A stretch of DNA of 64,000 bases from an uncultured Candidatus Saccharibacteria bacterium (GCA_964615725.1 CAZTPW010000001.1:18700-82699); one strand, 5' to 3'. Counted from the stretch's first letter, positions 11,723-21,331 are shown. Numbers and translations: made by a program. Notes: a model not told the origin generated them from the letters alone.

Positions 11723-14700
11723 TTATGAGTTAGCTTTAGTATCCTCGTCGTGTCGTCGCATCTCGACATCCAACGCTAGTCCTCGAAGGTTATTCAAGAG
11801 CACATTGAATGATGCTGGGATATTACTCTGAACGATTGGCTGGCCCTTAACGATTGCATCGAAAGCTGCTGTTCGTCCGAGGATGTCGTCTGACTTGATA
11901 GTCAAAACTTCTCGGAGTGTGTGAGCTGCACCGTGACCCAAGAGTGCCCAAACTTCCATTTCTCCGAATCGCTGTCCTCCACCCTGAGCTTTACCTCCAA
12001 GTGGCTGCTGAGTAATGAGTGAGTAAGGTCCGATTGATCGCATATGCACCTTGTCTTCCACCATGTGGTGAAGCTTCAAGATGTACATATAGCCAACTGA
12101 ACTTCGCTGCTCGAATGGCTGACCTGTTCGTCCGTCGAAGAGCTGCATCTTTCCATCTTCTTCAAAACCAGCTTTTTTGAGCTCAGCCTTGATTTCGGTG
12201 TCAGTAGCACCTACGAATGGAGGAACGATTGCCTGATAACCGAGGGTGTTTGCCGCGAGTCCCAAGTGGAGCTCGAGGATCTGACCGAGGTTCATACGAG
12301 ACGGCACACCGAGAGGTGTAAGGATCATGTCGACTGGGTTACCGTTTGAGTCGTATGGCATATCTTCTTCAGGAAGGATTCGTGAGATAACTCCCTTGTT
12401 TCCGTGTCGTCCAGCGAGTTTGTCTCCTACTGAAATTGCACGAAGCTGTGCTACCTCAATATGGATTCGCTTAATGATTCCTGATTCGAGTTTGTCGCCC
12501 TTCTCACGTGAAAATACTTTCACACTGATAACACGACCTCGCATACCTGCATCCATTCGCTTTGATGTGTCTTTTACATCACGAGCCTTTTCACCGAACA
12601 ATGATCGGAGAAGTCGCTCTTCTGGGGTAAGCTGAGTTTCGCTCTTTGGAGTAATCTTACCGACGAGAATGTCGCCTGGTCGCACCTCTGCTCCCACTCG
12701 AACAACACCGTCTTCATCGAGGTTTTTGAGTTTGTTTTCACCAACGTTTGGAATGTCTGGAGTAGTGATTTCAGGTCCAAGTTTAGTATCTCGAACGTTC
12801 ACAACGAATTCATCGATGTGGATTGAGGTAAACTTGCTGTCTTTCACAAGACGCTCAGAAAGAATAATCGCGTCTTCGTAGTTGTTACCTGACCATGACA
12901 TAAAGGCGATTCGCATGTTCTGTCCAATCGCAATCTGACCATTGTCAGATGATGAGGTGTCGGCGAGCACATCACCCTTTCGGATTTTGTCACCAAGGTT
13001 GATGATTGGGCGCTGGTGGAAAGCGGTAAAGCCGTTTGTTCGTGAGAAATTTACAAGAGGATATACTTTTTCCTTTCCTTTCAAATTCTTTACAACAATC
13101 TTTCGCGCATCTACCTTTGAAACAACACCATCCTCTTCAGCGAGAATAATTCGTCCTGTATCACGCGCAGCTTTTTCTTCGATACCTGTCGCAACAAGCG
13201 GAGCATCAGGAACGAGACAAGGCACTGCTTGTTTCTGCATGTTTGAACCCATGAGCGCTCGGTTGGCGTCATCGTGGTTTAGGAATGGAATCATTGAGGT
13301 GGCGATTGAGAATGCCTGGCTTGTGCCGACGTCAATGAAATCAACATCCTTTGCCTTTGCCATGTGCGGCTTTCCATTCAATCGAACTTCCACATCATCA
13401 ACAGTGATCTTTCCGTCTTCATCAACAGGAGTTGCTGCGTGAGCAATGTTGTAGCTCTCTTCCTCAAGAGCGTTCAAATATCGAATCTCTTTCGTAATCT
13501 TTCCGTTTTTGACTACCGCGTAAGGAGTTTCGATCATTCCAAACTCATTGATTACCGCGTAGGTTGAAAGACGCAAGATCAAACCAATGTTTGGACCTTC
13601 TGGTGTGTGGATAGGACAGAGACGACCATAGTGAGATGGGTGTACGTCTCGCACTTCAATACCTGCTCGCTCTCGTGTAAGACCGCCGGGTCCAAGTGCT
13701 GAGAGGGTTCGCAAGTGTTCAAGCTCCTGGAGAATGTTTTCCTGGGCCATGAACTGTGAAAGCTGGTTTGTTGTGAAGAATTCCTTGATACGTGCCTGGA
13801 GAGGTTTTGGAGAAATGAAGTTCAAAGGCTGTGTCACATCAGGCTCGATGGTAGACATCTTGTCCTGAATGTTTCGCTTGATCTGTGACATACCAATTCG
13901 AATCTTCTGCTGGAGAAGTTCACCGACAAATCGAACACGTCGTGAGCCAAGGTGATCGATATCGTCTGGGAGAGTATTTGGGGTGTTGTTGAGATGAATG
14001 ATATGAGAAACAATCGTAGCAATATCATCAAGATTGATGGTACGTCGCTCGAGTTCCTTATCAGTCATTGATTTCGCGAAACGCTTGTTGAAGCGGAATC
14101 GTCCAACCTTTGAAAGGTCGTATCGCTCTGCATTGAAGATAGACTGAATGTATTCTTTTGCATTGTCTACGCTACCGAGGTCGCCATCGCGAAGCTTCTT
14201 ATGGATTTCCATGTAAGCCTCATCGACAGTTTTTGCATGATCCTTTCCGAGAGATACATCGATGTGATTCTTTGCAAAAGGAACATCCTTGAAGAGCGCC
14301 TTAATATCTGAATCTGTCGTTGCACCAAGAACTCGCAAGAGTGATGTGATGCCAAACTTTCGCTTTCGATCAACACGAACGAAAAGTGAATTGTCAGTAT
14401 CGGTCTCAATTTCAATCCATGCTCCTCGCGCAGGAATAATTTTTGCACCGAAAAGCTTTCGACCCTTTACTTCTTCCTCAGTAAAGAAAACGCCAAAAGA
14501 TCGTGCGAGCTGAGGCACGATAACTCGTTCAATACCACTAATCACGAATGTACCGTGATTGGTCATCATAGGAAAATCAGTGAGGAAAATCTCCTGTTCC
14601 TTTACGGTACCAAGGGTTTTATTCTTGAGACGAACCGTCGCCTTCAAAGGTGCTTCGTATGAAAGCTTGTTTTCCTTTGCGTGGAATTCGTCAAATTTTG

Positions 14701-14938
14701 GCTGACCGAGCTTGAACCCTGTGAAATCGAGTTCAAACTTCTTGTTTGCATAGTCTTTGATAGAAGAAAATTCTTTAAAAACTTCCTCAAGACCTGTCTT
14801 AATGAGCCAGTCGTATGACCGTGTCTGGGGCTCTACCAGATTTGGGACTGGTGTAAGTGGCTCGTGGTAGCGAGAGAAGAACTTCTTTTCTCTCATACCT
14901 ACGGTCGCTTTGTCAGTCTTTGTAGCTGAATGTGGCAT
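11723..14938 (-). CDS. rpoB: RNA polymerase beta subunit
   Basis: GDKLAGRHGNKG, GQRFGEMEVW, TPEGPNIGL. Confidence 0.99.
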   Translation of the reverse strand: MPHSATKTDKATVGMREKKFFSRYHEPLTPVPNLVEPQTRSYDWLIKTGLEEVFKEFSSIKDYANKKFELDFTGFKLGQPKFDEFHAKENKLSYEAPLKATVRLKNKTLGTVKEQEIFLTDFPMMTNHGTFVISGIERVIVPQLARSFGVFFTEEEVKGRKLFGAKIIPARGAWIEIETDTDNSLFVRVDRKRKFGITSLLRVLGATTDSDIKALFKDVPFAKNHIDVSLGKDHAKTVDEAYMEIHKKLRDGDLGSVDNAKEYIQSIFNAERYDLSKVGRFRFNKRFAKSMTDKELERRTINLDDIATIVSHIIHLNNTPNTLPDDIDHLGSRRVRFVGELLQQKIRIGMSQIKRNIQDKMSTIEPDVTQPLNFISPKPLQARIKEFFTTNQLSQFMAQENILQELEHLRTLSALGPGGLTRERAGIEVRDVHPSHYGRLCPIHTPEGPNIGLILRLSTYAVINEFGMIETPYAVVKNGKITKEIRYLNALEEESYNIAHAATPVDEDGKITVDDVEVRLNGKPHMAKAKDVDFIDVGTSQAFSIATSMIPFLNHDDANRALMGSNMQKQAVPCLVPDAPLVATGIEEKAARDTGRIILAEEDGVVSKVDARKIVVKNLKGKEKVYPLVNFSRTNGFTAFHQRPIINLGDKIRKGDVLADTSSSDNGQIAIGQNMRIAFMSWSGNNYEDAIILSERLVKDSKFTSIHIDEFVVNVRDTKLGPEITTPDIPNVGENKLKNLDEDGVVRVGAEVRPGDILVGKITPKSETQLTPEERLLRSLFGEKARDVKDTSKRMDAGMRGRVISVKVFSREKGDKLESGIIKRIHIEVAQLRAISVGDKLAGRHGNKGVISRILPEEDMPYDSNGNPVDMILTPLGVPSRMNLGQILELHLGLAANTLGYQAIVPPFVGATDTEIKAELKKAGFEEDGKMQLFDGRTGQPFEQRSSVGYMYILKLHHMVEDKVHMRSIGPYSLITQQPLGGKAQGGGQRFGEMEVWALLGHGAAHTLREVLTIKSDDILGRTAAFDAIVKGQPIVQSNIPASFNVLLNNLRGLALDVEMRRHDEDTKANS

Positions 14939-14980
14939 GAAAATACTTATACATTAATAATCCGAAATGCTCATAAACTT

Positions 14981-15108
14981 ATCACAAGCGCCCCGAATTA
15001 CATCCAAAAAATCCGCACAAAACAATAAAAGACCTCTGAGGAAAAAGGCTTTATTATTGTTTGTATGAAATTTATTGTAGATGTATACGCAAGACGGGCT
15101 CTTATGAT
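14981..15108 (-). ncRNA. candidate structured 5' leader of rpoB (long imperfect hairpin)
   Basis: Nested complementary segments ATCATAAG/CTTGTGAT, TACATC/GATGTA, AAACAATAA/TTATTGTTT. Confidence 0.5.
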
Positions 15109-15164
15109 TAACCTCTCAAAAACCCCCTAAACCATCCATAACTCACTCTTGCTTAGGTAGCGTC

Positions 15165-15192
15165 AGTATACACACACTTGATTTTTTGTCAA
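15165..15192 (-). promoter_or_regulatory. sigma70 promoter of rpoB operon
   Basis: TTGACA-16 nt-TATACT. Confidence 0.7.
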
Positions 15193-15233
15193 TCAAGCTC
15201 ACCACCCTCTGGGGAAAACTTTCTGGTTAGTCC

Positions 15234-15911
15234 CTATTCGAGTACCGTCACCTTGGTCATGAATACGCCGTCGACAGGTTTGTCGCTTACCGCATGAGTC
15301 TTCACATTACCAATAGCATCAACGATGCTCTGACCCTGAATCACACGACCAAAGATAGTGTAGTTGTGTGGAAGATACTGAGGCGGCTTCGTGTAGTCTG
15401 CGAGCATGATGAAGAATTGGCTACCATTGGTGTTTGGACCAGCGTTTGCCATTGCAACAGTTCCCTTTCGATATCCAAGCTTTGCTGAAGGTGTGTTTGG
15501 GTCGAGCTCATCTGCAAAGGTGTATCCTGGACCACCAGTACCATTTGCGAGAGGATCACCACCCTGAATCATGAAGCCCTTAATGACACGGTGGAAAATG
15601 GTGCCGTTGTAAAAGCCCTTTCGTGTAAGGGTAAGGAAATTGTTTACGGCAAGAGGAGCATCCTGATCGAAAAGCTCGATAACGATGTCACCTTTTGTAG
15701 TCTGAATCTTAACTTTGTGTTTTGAAATTGGTTGCATAGATGATGAAGTTGGTTTTGTAGATGTAGCTTTGTCTGGGACAGTCGTCGTGGCGTTTGAAGA
15801 TGTTTGAGATGTCTGACTATTATTGGTGGTTGAATTTTCTGGCTTACTTGAAAGTGAGTAGATTCCGAATCCAATAAGGACAAGGGCTACGATGATTGCT
15901 ATATATTTCAT
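15234..15911 (-). CDS. cyclophilin-type peptidyl-prolyl isomerase with N-terminal membrane anchor and S/T-rich linker
   Basis: FHRVIKGFMIQGGDP, MANAGPNTNGSQFFI; start moved to MKYIAII, 7 nt after TGCTATAAT. Confidence 0.92.
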   Translation of the reverse strand: MKYIAIIVALVLIGFGIYSLSSKPENSTTNNSQTSQTSSNATTTVPDKATSTKPTSSSMQPISKHKVKIQTTKGDIVIELFDQDAPLAVNNFLTLTRKGFYNGTIFHRVIKGFMIQGGDPLANGTGGPGYTFADELDPNTPSAKLGYRKGTVAMANAGPNTNGSQFFIMLADYTKPPQYLPHNYTIFGRVIQGQSIVDAIGNVKTHAVSDKPVDGVFMTKVTVLE

Positions 15912-15919
15912 AGCGAGAA

Positions 15920-16657
15920 TTATAGCATAGAGCGTGATGCGCGCCACTCCTCGATTTTTTTATGATTCCCTGAAAGCAAAACTTTCGGTACTCGATACTT
16001 TTTCCCCTTGTATACAACAACTTCTGGCCTTGTGTAGACATCAGATGAGGCGTTTCGAGACTCTTCCCGAGATGAGAAGTTGCCAAGTACTGATGGGATC
16101 TGACGCGATATGGTATCAATCAAAATCATTGCCGGTAATTCACCACCAGTAAGCACGAATGGCCCTACTGAAATATCAACCATAGGAAAAATTGCTTTGA
16201 CTCGAGCATCAATGCCTTCATATCGTCCGCACACAAAAACTATATCGGTATATGTCTTTGCATAACGAGACGCTTGTTCGGTGGTGAACTGCTCACCTTG
16301 AGGAGAAAAGAATACGATCCTTACCTGTTTTCGGGTTTTTGGATTTGAAATTTTTTTGCCAACCGCTTTCTGGATAGCTTTTACTATTGGAAGTGCCTCG
16401 ATTACCATACCTGGCCCACCACCATACGGTTTATTGTCGACACGTCGCTCTGAATAAGTCTGTTTGCGACCCTTTGGCACTATAGCAAAATCACGTGGGT
16501 TATAAAAAGCCACTTTGATCTTTTTGTCCTCAATGGCGCGCTTAAGAATCGATTCTCCGAGATATGATTCAAATGCACCAGGAAAAAGTGTCACCACATG
16601 GAATGTGGTTGGTTTTTTCGATTGATTCTGTGTTTTTTTCGTAGTTGGTCGCTTCAT
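15920..16657 (-). CDS. trmD: tRNA (guanine-N1)-methyltransferase
   Basis: DNKPYGGGPGMV, CGRYEGIDAR, VLTGGE; probable start MKRPTT at 16657. Confidence 0.96.
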   Translation of the reverse strand: MKRPTTKKTQNQSKKPTTFHVVTLFPGAFESYLGESILKRAIEDKKIKVAFYNPRDFAIVPKGRKQTYSERRVDNKPYGGGPGMVIEALPIVKAIQKAVGKKISNPKTRKQVRIVFFSPQGEQFTTEQASRYAKTYTDIVFVCGRYEGIDARVKAIFPMVDISVGPFVLTGGELPAMILIDTISRQIPSVLGNFSSREESRNASSDVYTRPEVVVYKGKKYRVPKVLLSGNHKKIEEWRASRSML

Positions 16658-16659
16658 AG

Positions 16660-16704
16660 AATAACAAAACCTGTGGAACATATAGTACCACAGGTTTTGT
16701 TATT
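16660..16704 (-). terminator. perfect 17-bp inverted repeat between khpA and trmD
   Basis: AATAACAAAACCTGTGG-11 nt-CCACAGGTTTTGTTATT. Confidence 0.65.
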
Positions 16705-16717
16705 TGTCATCTATTCG

Positions 16718-17029
16718 TTAGATTCGCAAATCGTCGAGAGATTCGTCGAGTGTCTTTGAGGTCTTCTCAGGTCGGACACCGCCGTCTGGCTCGTTGATCT
16801 TGAGGTTTACGCGAGCATTATTTTTCATTCCTACCACTCGAAGGAGGGTTCGGATTGCCTTTGCGGTATTACCCATTCGGCCAATAATCTTTCCCATATC
16901 AGCAGGATTTACTGAGAGGGTTAGGAGAACGCCCATTTCATCCACACTTCGGACGATTTTTACGTCCTGAGGATTTTCTACCAATGACTTTACAACATAA
17001 TCAAGAAACTGTGCGTCAAGTTCGTTCAT
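16718..17029 (-). CDS. khpA: KH-domain RNA-binding protein
   Basis: DMGKIIGRMGNTAKAIRT; rpsP-KH-trmD context. Confidence 0.9.
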   Translation of the reverse strand: MNELDAQFLDYVVKSLVENPQDVKIVRSVDEMGVLLTLSVNPADMGKIIGRMGNTAKAIRTLLRVVGMKNNARVNLKINEPDGGVRPEKTSKTLDESLDDLRI

Positions 17030-17155
17030 GGTTTTCAGATCAAAATTATAATAAGAATTTTCGGCAGTATGCCGTTCGGTTACTGCTCATTCAATTGTAG
17101 TATGGTGTCAAGAGTGCGTCAACAAGAGCAATCCCCTGTTTGCACCGAGGAGAAT

Positions 17156-17527
17156 CTAGGCTTTTGGAGCTTCTGAAGCTGGAGTTTCAGCTGGAGCTGC
17201 TGCCTGAGCAGGAGCGGCTTTTGCTTCATCCGCCTTTGCCTCTACCTTTGGAGGGCTCTTTCGTGGAAGAATGTTGATTTTCTTTCCTGAGATGATCTTT
17301 TTGCCGATCAAGTAGTTGTGGACATTGTCAGTTGGCTTTGCACCCTTTGACATCCAGTGCTTGAGTCGCTCTGTATTGATCTGATCTACACCTCCCTTTC
17401 GGTAATCAAAAGCACCCAATACTTCGAGGAATTTTCCGCTTCGTGTTGCGTTCTGAGAATCAGTAACGACAAAACGGAATGAAGGATTGTTCTTTCGGCC
17501 TACGCGCTGTAATCGAATTTTTAGCAT
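17156..17527 (-). CDS. rpsP: 30S ribosomal protein S16
   Basis: MLKIRLQRVGRKNNPSFRFVVTDS; start at 17527, 7 nt after TGGTAGGAT. Confidence 0.96.
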   Translation of the reverse strand: MLKIRLQRVGRKNNPSFRFVVTDSQNATRSGKFLEVLGAFDYRKGGVDQINTERLKHWMSKGAKPTDNVHNYLIGKKIISGKKINILPRKSPPKVEAKADEAKAAPAQAAAPAETPASEAPKA

Positions 17528-17604
17528 GAGGTGTATCCTACCAAAAGTCTTTGATTTGGTCAATATACCATAATCTGCTATAGTAGCGGGGTACACATTC
17601 TCAT

Positions 17605-19590
17605 ATGAAACCCCTAGGAAAAATGCCGGAACGTTGGAGTGGAACAATCTCAGTGTCAGGAAAAGGATTTGGTTATATTGAAATCCCTGATAGCAAAGAC
17701 CCAACCACCAAAGAACCTATCGACGCAGAAATTCAGCCAGAACGACTTCATACCGCACTTCATAATGATGAGGTTGAAGTTAAGCTTATCAAAGACAAAC
17801 GATCTGAGCGTATTCAGGCTGAGGTAGTAGCGATCGTCACTCGTGCAAAAACTGACTTTGTTGGCGTTATTGAGCAAGAGCAAGGCCGCTTTTTTCTTGT
17901 ACCCGATGACAAGCGGTTCTACCGAGACATTGTTCTCGAAGTCGGCACAAAGGGTCCATTCCCTGCTGGCACCAAAGCACTCGTGCACATGACTCATTGG
18001 GTTGAAGGAAAAAATCCTGAAGGAAAACTCATAAAGATTATCGGTACCAAGGGCGACAACAATGTCGAAATGGAATCGATCGTTTTGGAACGAGGGTTTG
18101 ATACAACGTTCCCTGAAGCTGTTGAAGAAGAGGCTCGCACCATCGAACGTACGAAAAAACCAATTCCTCGCGAAGAAATCGCGAAGCGCCGTGACTTCCG
18201 CGACACACTCACCTTCACCATCGACCCTCATGATGCAAAGGACTTCGATGATGCAATTTCATTCAAGCCACTTGGCATGCGCGACGGTGTAGAGGTATAT
18301 GAGATCGGCGTGCATATTGCTGACGTATCACATTACGTTCGCCCAAAATCTGCGCTCGACCGCGAAGCGATTAAGCGTTCATTCTCCGTATATCTCGTTG
18401 ACCGCACAATCCCGATGCTTCCTGAAGTTTTGTCGAACGACATTTGTAGTTTGAATCCCAACGAAGAAAAACTCACCTTCACATCTGCTTTTGTAATGGA
18501 CATCAAAGGAAACATTTACGAGCGATGGTTTGGAAAGACTGTTATCAAATCTGCGAAGCGCTTTACCTATGAAGAAGCTCAGGAATCGATCAACACTCCT
18601 GACGCTTTGCATCATGATGTTTTGGTAACACTCAACACCCTTGCAAAAAATCTCGCTGAAGTGAAGTTTAAAAATGGTGCAATCGATTTCGAAAAAGATG
18701 AAGTAAAGTTTGAACTTGATGCAAAAGGAAAGCCGATCCGCGTCTATCAAAAACAGCGCCTCGATACTCATAAACTCGTTGAGGAATACATGCTCCTCGC
18801 CAACCGCGAAGTCGCTGAGTACATTCATCAGCACGATACTCGCGATCGAAAAGCCGGCAAAAAAACCGAGAGTGCTCTTCTCTACCGTATTCACGAAAAG
18901 CCCGATCAAGAAAAGCTTGAGGACCTTTCAATTTTCATTCGAGCGCTTGGCTATGATCTTGAGGCTCATGACGGCCATATCACTTCTCAGTCAATTCGCA
19001 AACTCCTCGATCAGGTGACAGGAAAGCCTAACGAACAACTCATCAAAACTGCGACGATTCGCTCAATGGCAAAAGCGATTTACTCTACACTCAATGTTGG
19101 TCACTTCGGCCTTGCATTCAAATACTATACTCATTTCACATCGCCTATTCGACGATATCCTGACCTCCTTGTGCATCGCGTGCTCCAGCACTACCTCGAA
19201 GGAAAGCGTGTGCCTGCCGCTGAGATTCGCCACTATGAAACGATGGCGCTTAAGTCGAGCCGAAAGGAAGTTTCTGCTGCCGAAGCTGAGCGAGCATCGA
19301 TCAAATACAAACAGGTTGAATATATGATGGACAAAGTCGGCCAAGTGTTTGATGGAACGATCACTGGTGTGACCGAATGGGGCATCTATATCGAAGAAAA
19401 TCAGACCAAGTGCGAAGGTATGGCAAAACTCCGCGACCTCACTGATGACTTCTATGCTTTGGACAAGAAAAATTACGCACTTGTTGGTGAAAAATCTAAG
19501 AAGAAGTTTCAACTTGGCGATATAGTGAAGTTTAAGGTTGCAAGCGCCGATCTCGACAAGAAAATTCTCGACTATCAGTTGGTGAAATAA
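17605..19590 (+). CDS. rnr: ribonuclease R
   Basis: TIDPHDAKDFDDA, HFTSPIRRYPD, N-terminal cold-shock and C-terminal S1 domains. Confidence 0.93.
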   Translation: MKPLGKMPERWSGTISVSGKGFGYIEIPDSKDPTTKEPIDAEIQPERLHTALHNDEVEVKLIKDKRSERIQAEVVAIVTRAKTDFVGVIEQEQGRFFLVPDDKRFYRDIVLEVGTKGPFPAGTKALVHMTHWVEGKNPEGKLIKIIGTKGDNNVEMESIVLERGFDTTFPEAVEEEARTIERTKKPIPREEIAKRRDFRDTLTFTIDPHDAKDFDDAISFKPLGMRDGVEVYEIGVHIADVSHYVRPKSALDREAIKRSFSVYLVDRTIPMLPEVLSNDICSLNPNEEKLTFTSAFVMDIKGNIYERWFGKTVIKSAKRFTYEEAQESINTPDALHHDVLVTLNTLAKNLAEVKFKNGAIDFEKDEVKFELDAKGKPIRVYQKQRLDTHKLVEEYMLLANREVAEYIHQHDTRDRKAGKKTESALLYRIHEKPDQEKLEDLSIFIRALGYDLEAHDGHITSQSIRKLLDQVTGKPNEQLIKTATIRSMAKAIYSTLNVGHFGLAFKYYTHFTSPIRRYPDLLVHRVLQHYLEGKRVPAAEIRHYETMALKSSRKEVSAAEAERASIKYKQVEYMMDKVGQVFDGTITGVTEWGIYIEENQTKCEGMAKLRDLTDDFYALDKKNYALVGEKSKKKFQLGDIVKFKVASADLDKKILDYQLVK

Positions 19591-19601
19591 CTATCTTGTA
19601 T

Positions 19602-19628
19602 AAAAAAACCGCCCGAGAATCGGGCGGC
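19602..19628 (-). terminator. intrinsic terminator
   Basis: Minus strand CCGCCCG-attct-CGGGCGG-TTTTTTT; preceded by small hairpin 19634-19647. Confidence 0.8.
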
Positions 19629-19663
19629 GAATCGGTGCATGTGCACCCAACGAACAACGAGCC

Positions 19664-20170
19664 TTACTTCGGGAGCTCGGCGATCAGTTTTTCGAACTCC
19701 ACAGTAACTGTTTTGCGAAGCTTAAAGTTTCCCATGAGGTCGAACTCCGCTGAGGCACGGTTCTCTCCATCGATTGCCATCTGGCAACCATGGAAGTTGG
19801 GATGCCAATTGTGGAGATCGTCACAGCATTCCATTGAAAGGATCGCGACGATTGAATGGTGCTGACCGCTCGTAGTCGAGACCCTTGCAACAACGCTCAG
19901 CTCGAACATTCCCTTCTCACCACGTGCATCTTTACGATTTGGCATGTAGTGCATGATTTCCTGATCCCATGAGAAAACCATATCGAGCCCTCCCTCCTCG
20001 CACATCATGTTTAGAATGCGCTCAAATGTGGAGCGCGCGACCAACATTCCATGGTCGTAGTTTGCAAACATGTAATTCCCACTCGGACAGCTGATCTCAG
20101 TCCAGGTTGGAAGGTGAGGAAATGGATTGTGACTGGTTATCAACGAATGGGCATTGGTCTTGGGTTTCAT
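19664..20170 (-). CDS. hypothetical protein (stand-alone orphan)
   Basis: 168 aa, own promoter TTGACA (20253-20258)-17-TAACAT (20230-20235) and terminator. Confidence 0.6.
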   Translation of the reverse strand: MKPKTNAHSLITSHNPFPHLPTWTEISCPSGNYMFANYDHGMLVARSTFERILNMMCEEGGLDMVFSWDQEIMHYMPNRKDARGEKGMFELSVVARVSTTSGQHHSIVAILSMECCDDLHNWHPNFHGCQMAIDGENRASAEFDLMGNFKLRKTVTVEFEKLIAELPK

Positions 20171-20295
20171 ATTCAGTTTTAAATTTACACTTAGGTTTTC
20201 ACGGTGTTGTGATATACCCTATCTCTCATATGTTACCATATATAAGGGCATATGTCAATACATGAAAAGGGTATATTTTATGGCTTTTTATGCAT

Positions 20296-20330
20296 AAAAA
20301 AACAGCTCGAACGGGGGGGTTCGAGCTGTT
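20296..20330 (-). terminator. intrinsic terminator
   Basis: AACAGCTCGAAC-loop-GTTCGAGCTGTT followed by T run. Confidence 0.85.
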
Positions 20331-20355
20331 GCGAAAACCAACAGGTCCATAGACC

Positions 20356-21240
20356 TTACGTGTGCTTGCGCCGAGCAACGATCACAACATTGCGTAACCT
20401 GTCACCGCGACGGTGGGAAAAAAGAGCTTGGTTTGTGTATGTGTCGAGCCCACACCCAAGACTGACGTCTGTCTGAACGTTGTTCGACGGTATCCTGAGG
20501 TGACGACACTGGAGGGCGAAGATTCGCCGAAGGTCGAGGGCGCCGTGATCAGGGTTTCCAACGATACACTCCCGATCAAACTGTTCAATGACTCGGTTCA
20601 CAAGTTCCTTGTTCCTCGCTCCATACTGAGGGTGATTGGCTTGATGCAAAAAATGCTCCGGCTTAATCCCCCAGCCGACAAACGCCCTCACTCGCCGCAA
20701 TGGGAAGTTGCCCTGAAGGCCAGAGAGCAAGCGTTCGAGCATCGCATGAGCGATGTTGGTAAAAGCACCGTGCGTGCGGTGCGGAAGCAGGTTATCACGA
20801 CTGACATGGGCCGCGACAATTTTTCCACGATGTGCTCCATCGTGGATATACATCACACCGAGACAACAATCGGCTGGTTTGAAGAGGTACGCACTGCCCG
20901 GCTCAAGTGACACACCGTCCGCGGTGTGCTGTTTGTACACCTTGATATCACCGACCTTGAAAGAGTGAGGGCTGCAGAAATCAGTGTCAGGATAAACACC
21001 AACACCATGGTTGGGTGTCGGTATGAGTGCCCGCTTAACTGAAGGAACCCGACCGTAGATATGACTGAGTGCCAGCGCACTCCCATCATTCCCCGACCAG
21101 TTGGTTGGCACTGGGGGCGTCCCTTCCAGACCGTAAATTCCTGCATAGAAAGCTGCGGTACCATTGAGCTTTGGACCAAAGTCAATTGAGAGGACCGGCA
21201 TCGGTTTGTTGTCCGTACCGTAAACTTTTTGATGTTGCAT
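20356..21240 (-). CDS. divergent YfiH/PgeF (laccase-domain, purine nucleoside phosphorylase-like) family protein
   Basis: ADG, PADC, AAH and FSHRR...RN motifs; start uncertain (ATG 21240 or GTG 21273). Confidence 0.7.
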   Translation of the reverse strand: MQHQKVYGTDNKPMPVLSIDFGPKLNGTAAFYAGIYGLEGTPPVPTNWSGNDGSALALSHIYGRVPSVKRALIPTPNHGVGVYPDTDFCSPHSFKVGDIKVYKQHTADGVSLEPGSAYLFKPADCCLGVMYIHDGAHRGKIVAAHVSRDNLLPHRTHGAFTNIAHAMLERLLSGLQGNFPLRRVRAFVGWGIKPEHFLHQANHPQYGARNKELVNRVIEQFDRECIVGNPDHGALDLRRIFALQCRHLRIPSNNVQTDVSLGCGLDTYTNQALFSHRRGDRLRNVVIVARRKHT

Positions 21241-21274
21241 ATGGGGATCGTTTTTTGTTTTGTTGTGAGGCACA

Positions 21275-21326
21275 TTTCAATGTGCAAATCGGCTCACACT
21301 GTATCATGCTTTTTATAAACCGTCAA
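21275..21326 (-). promoter_or_regulatory. sigma70 promoter followed by boxA-like element
   Basis: TTGACG (21321-21326)-17-TACAGT (21298-21303), then TGCACATTGAAA (21275-21286). Confidence 0.6.
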
Positions 21327-21331
21327 TTTAC

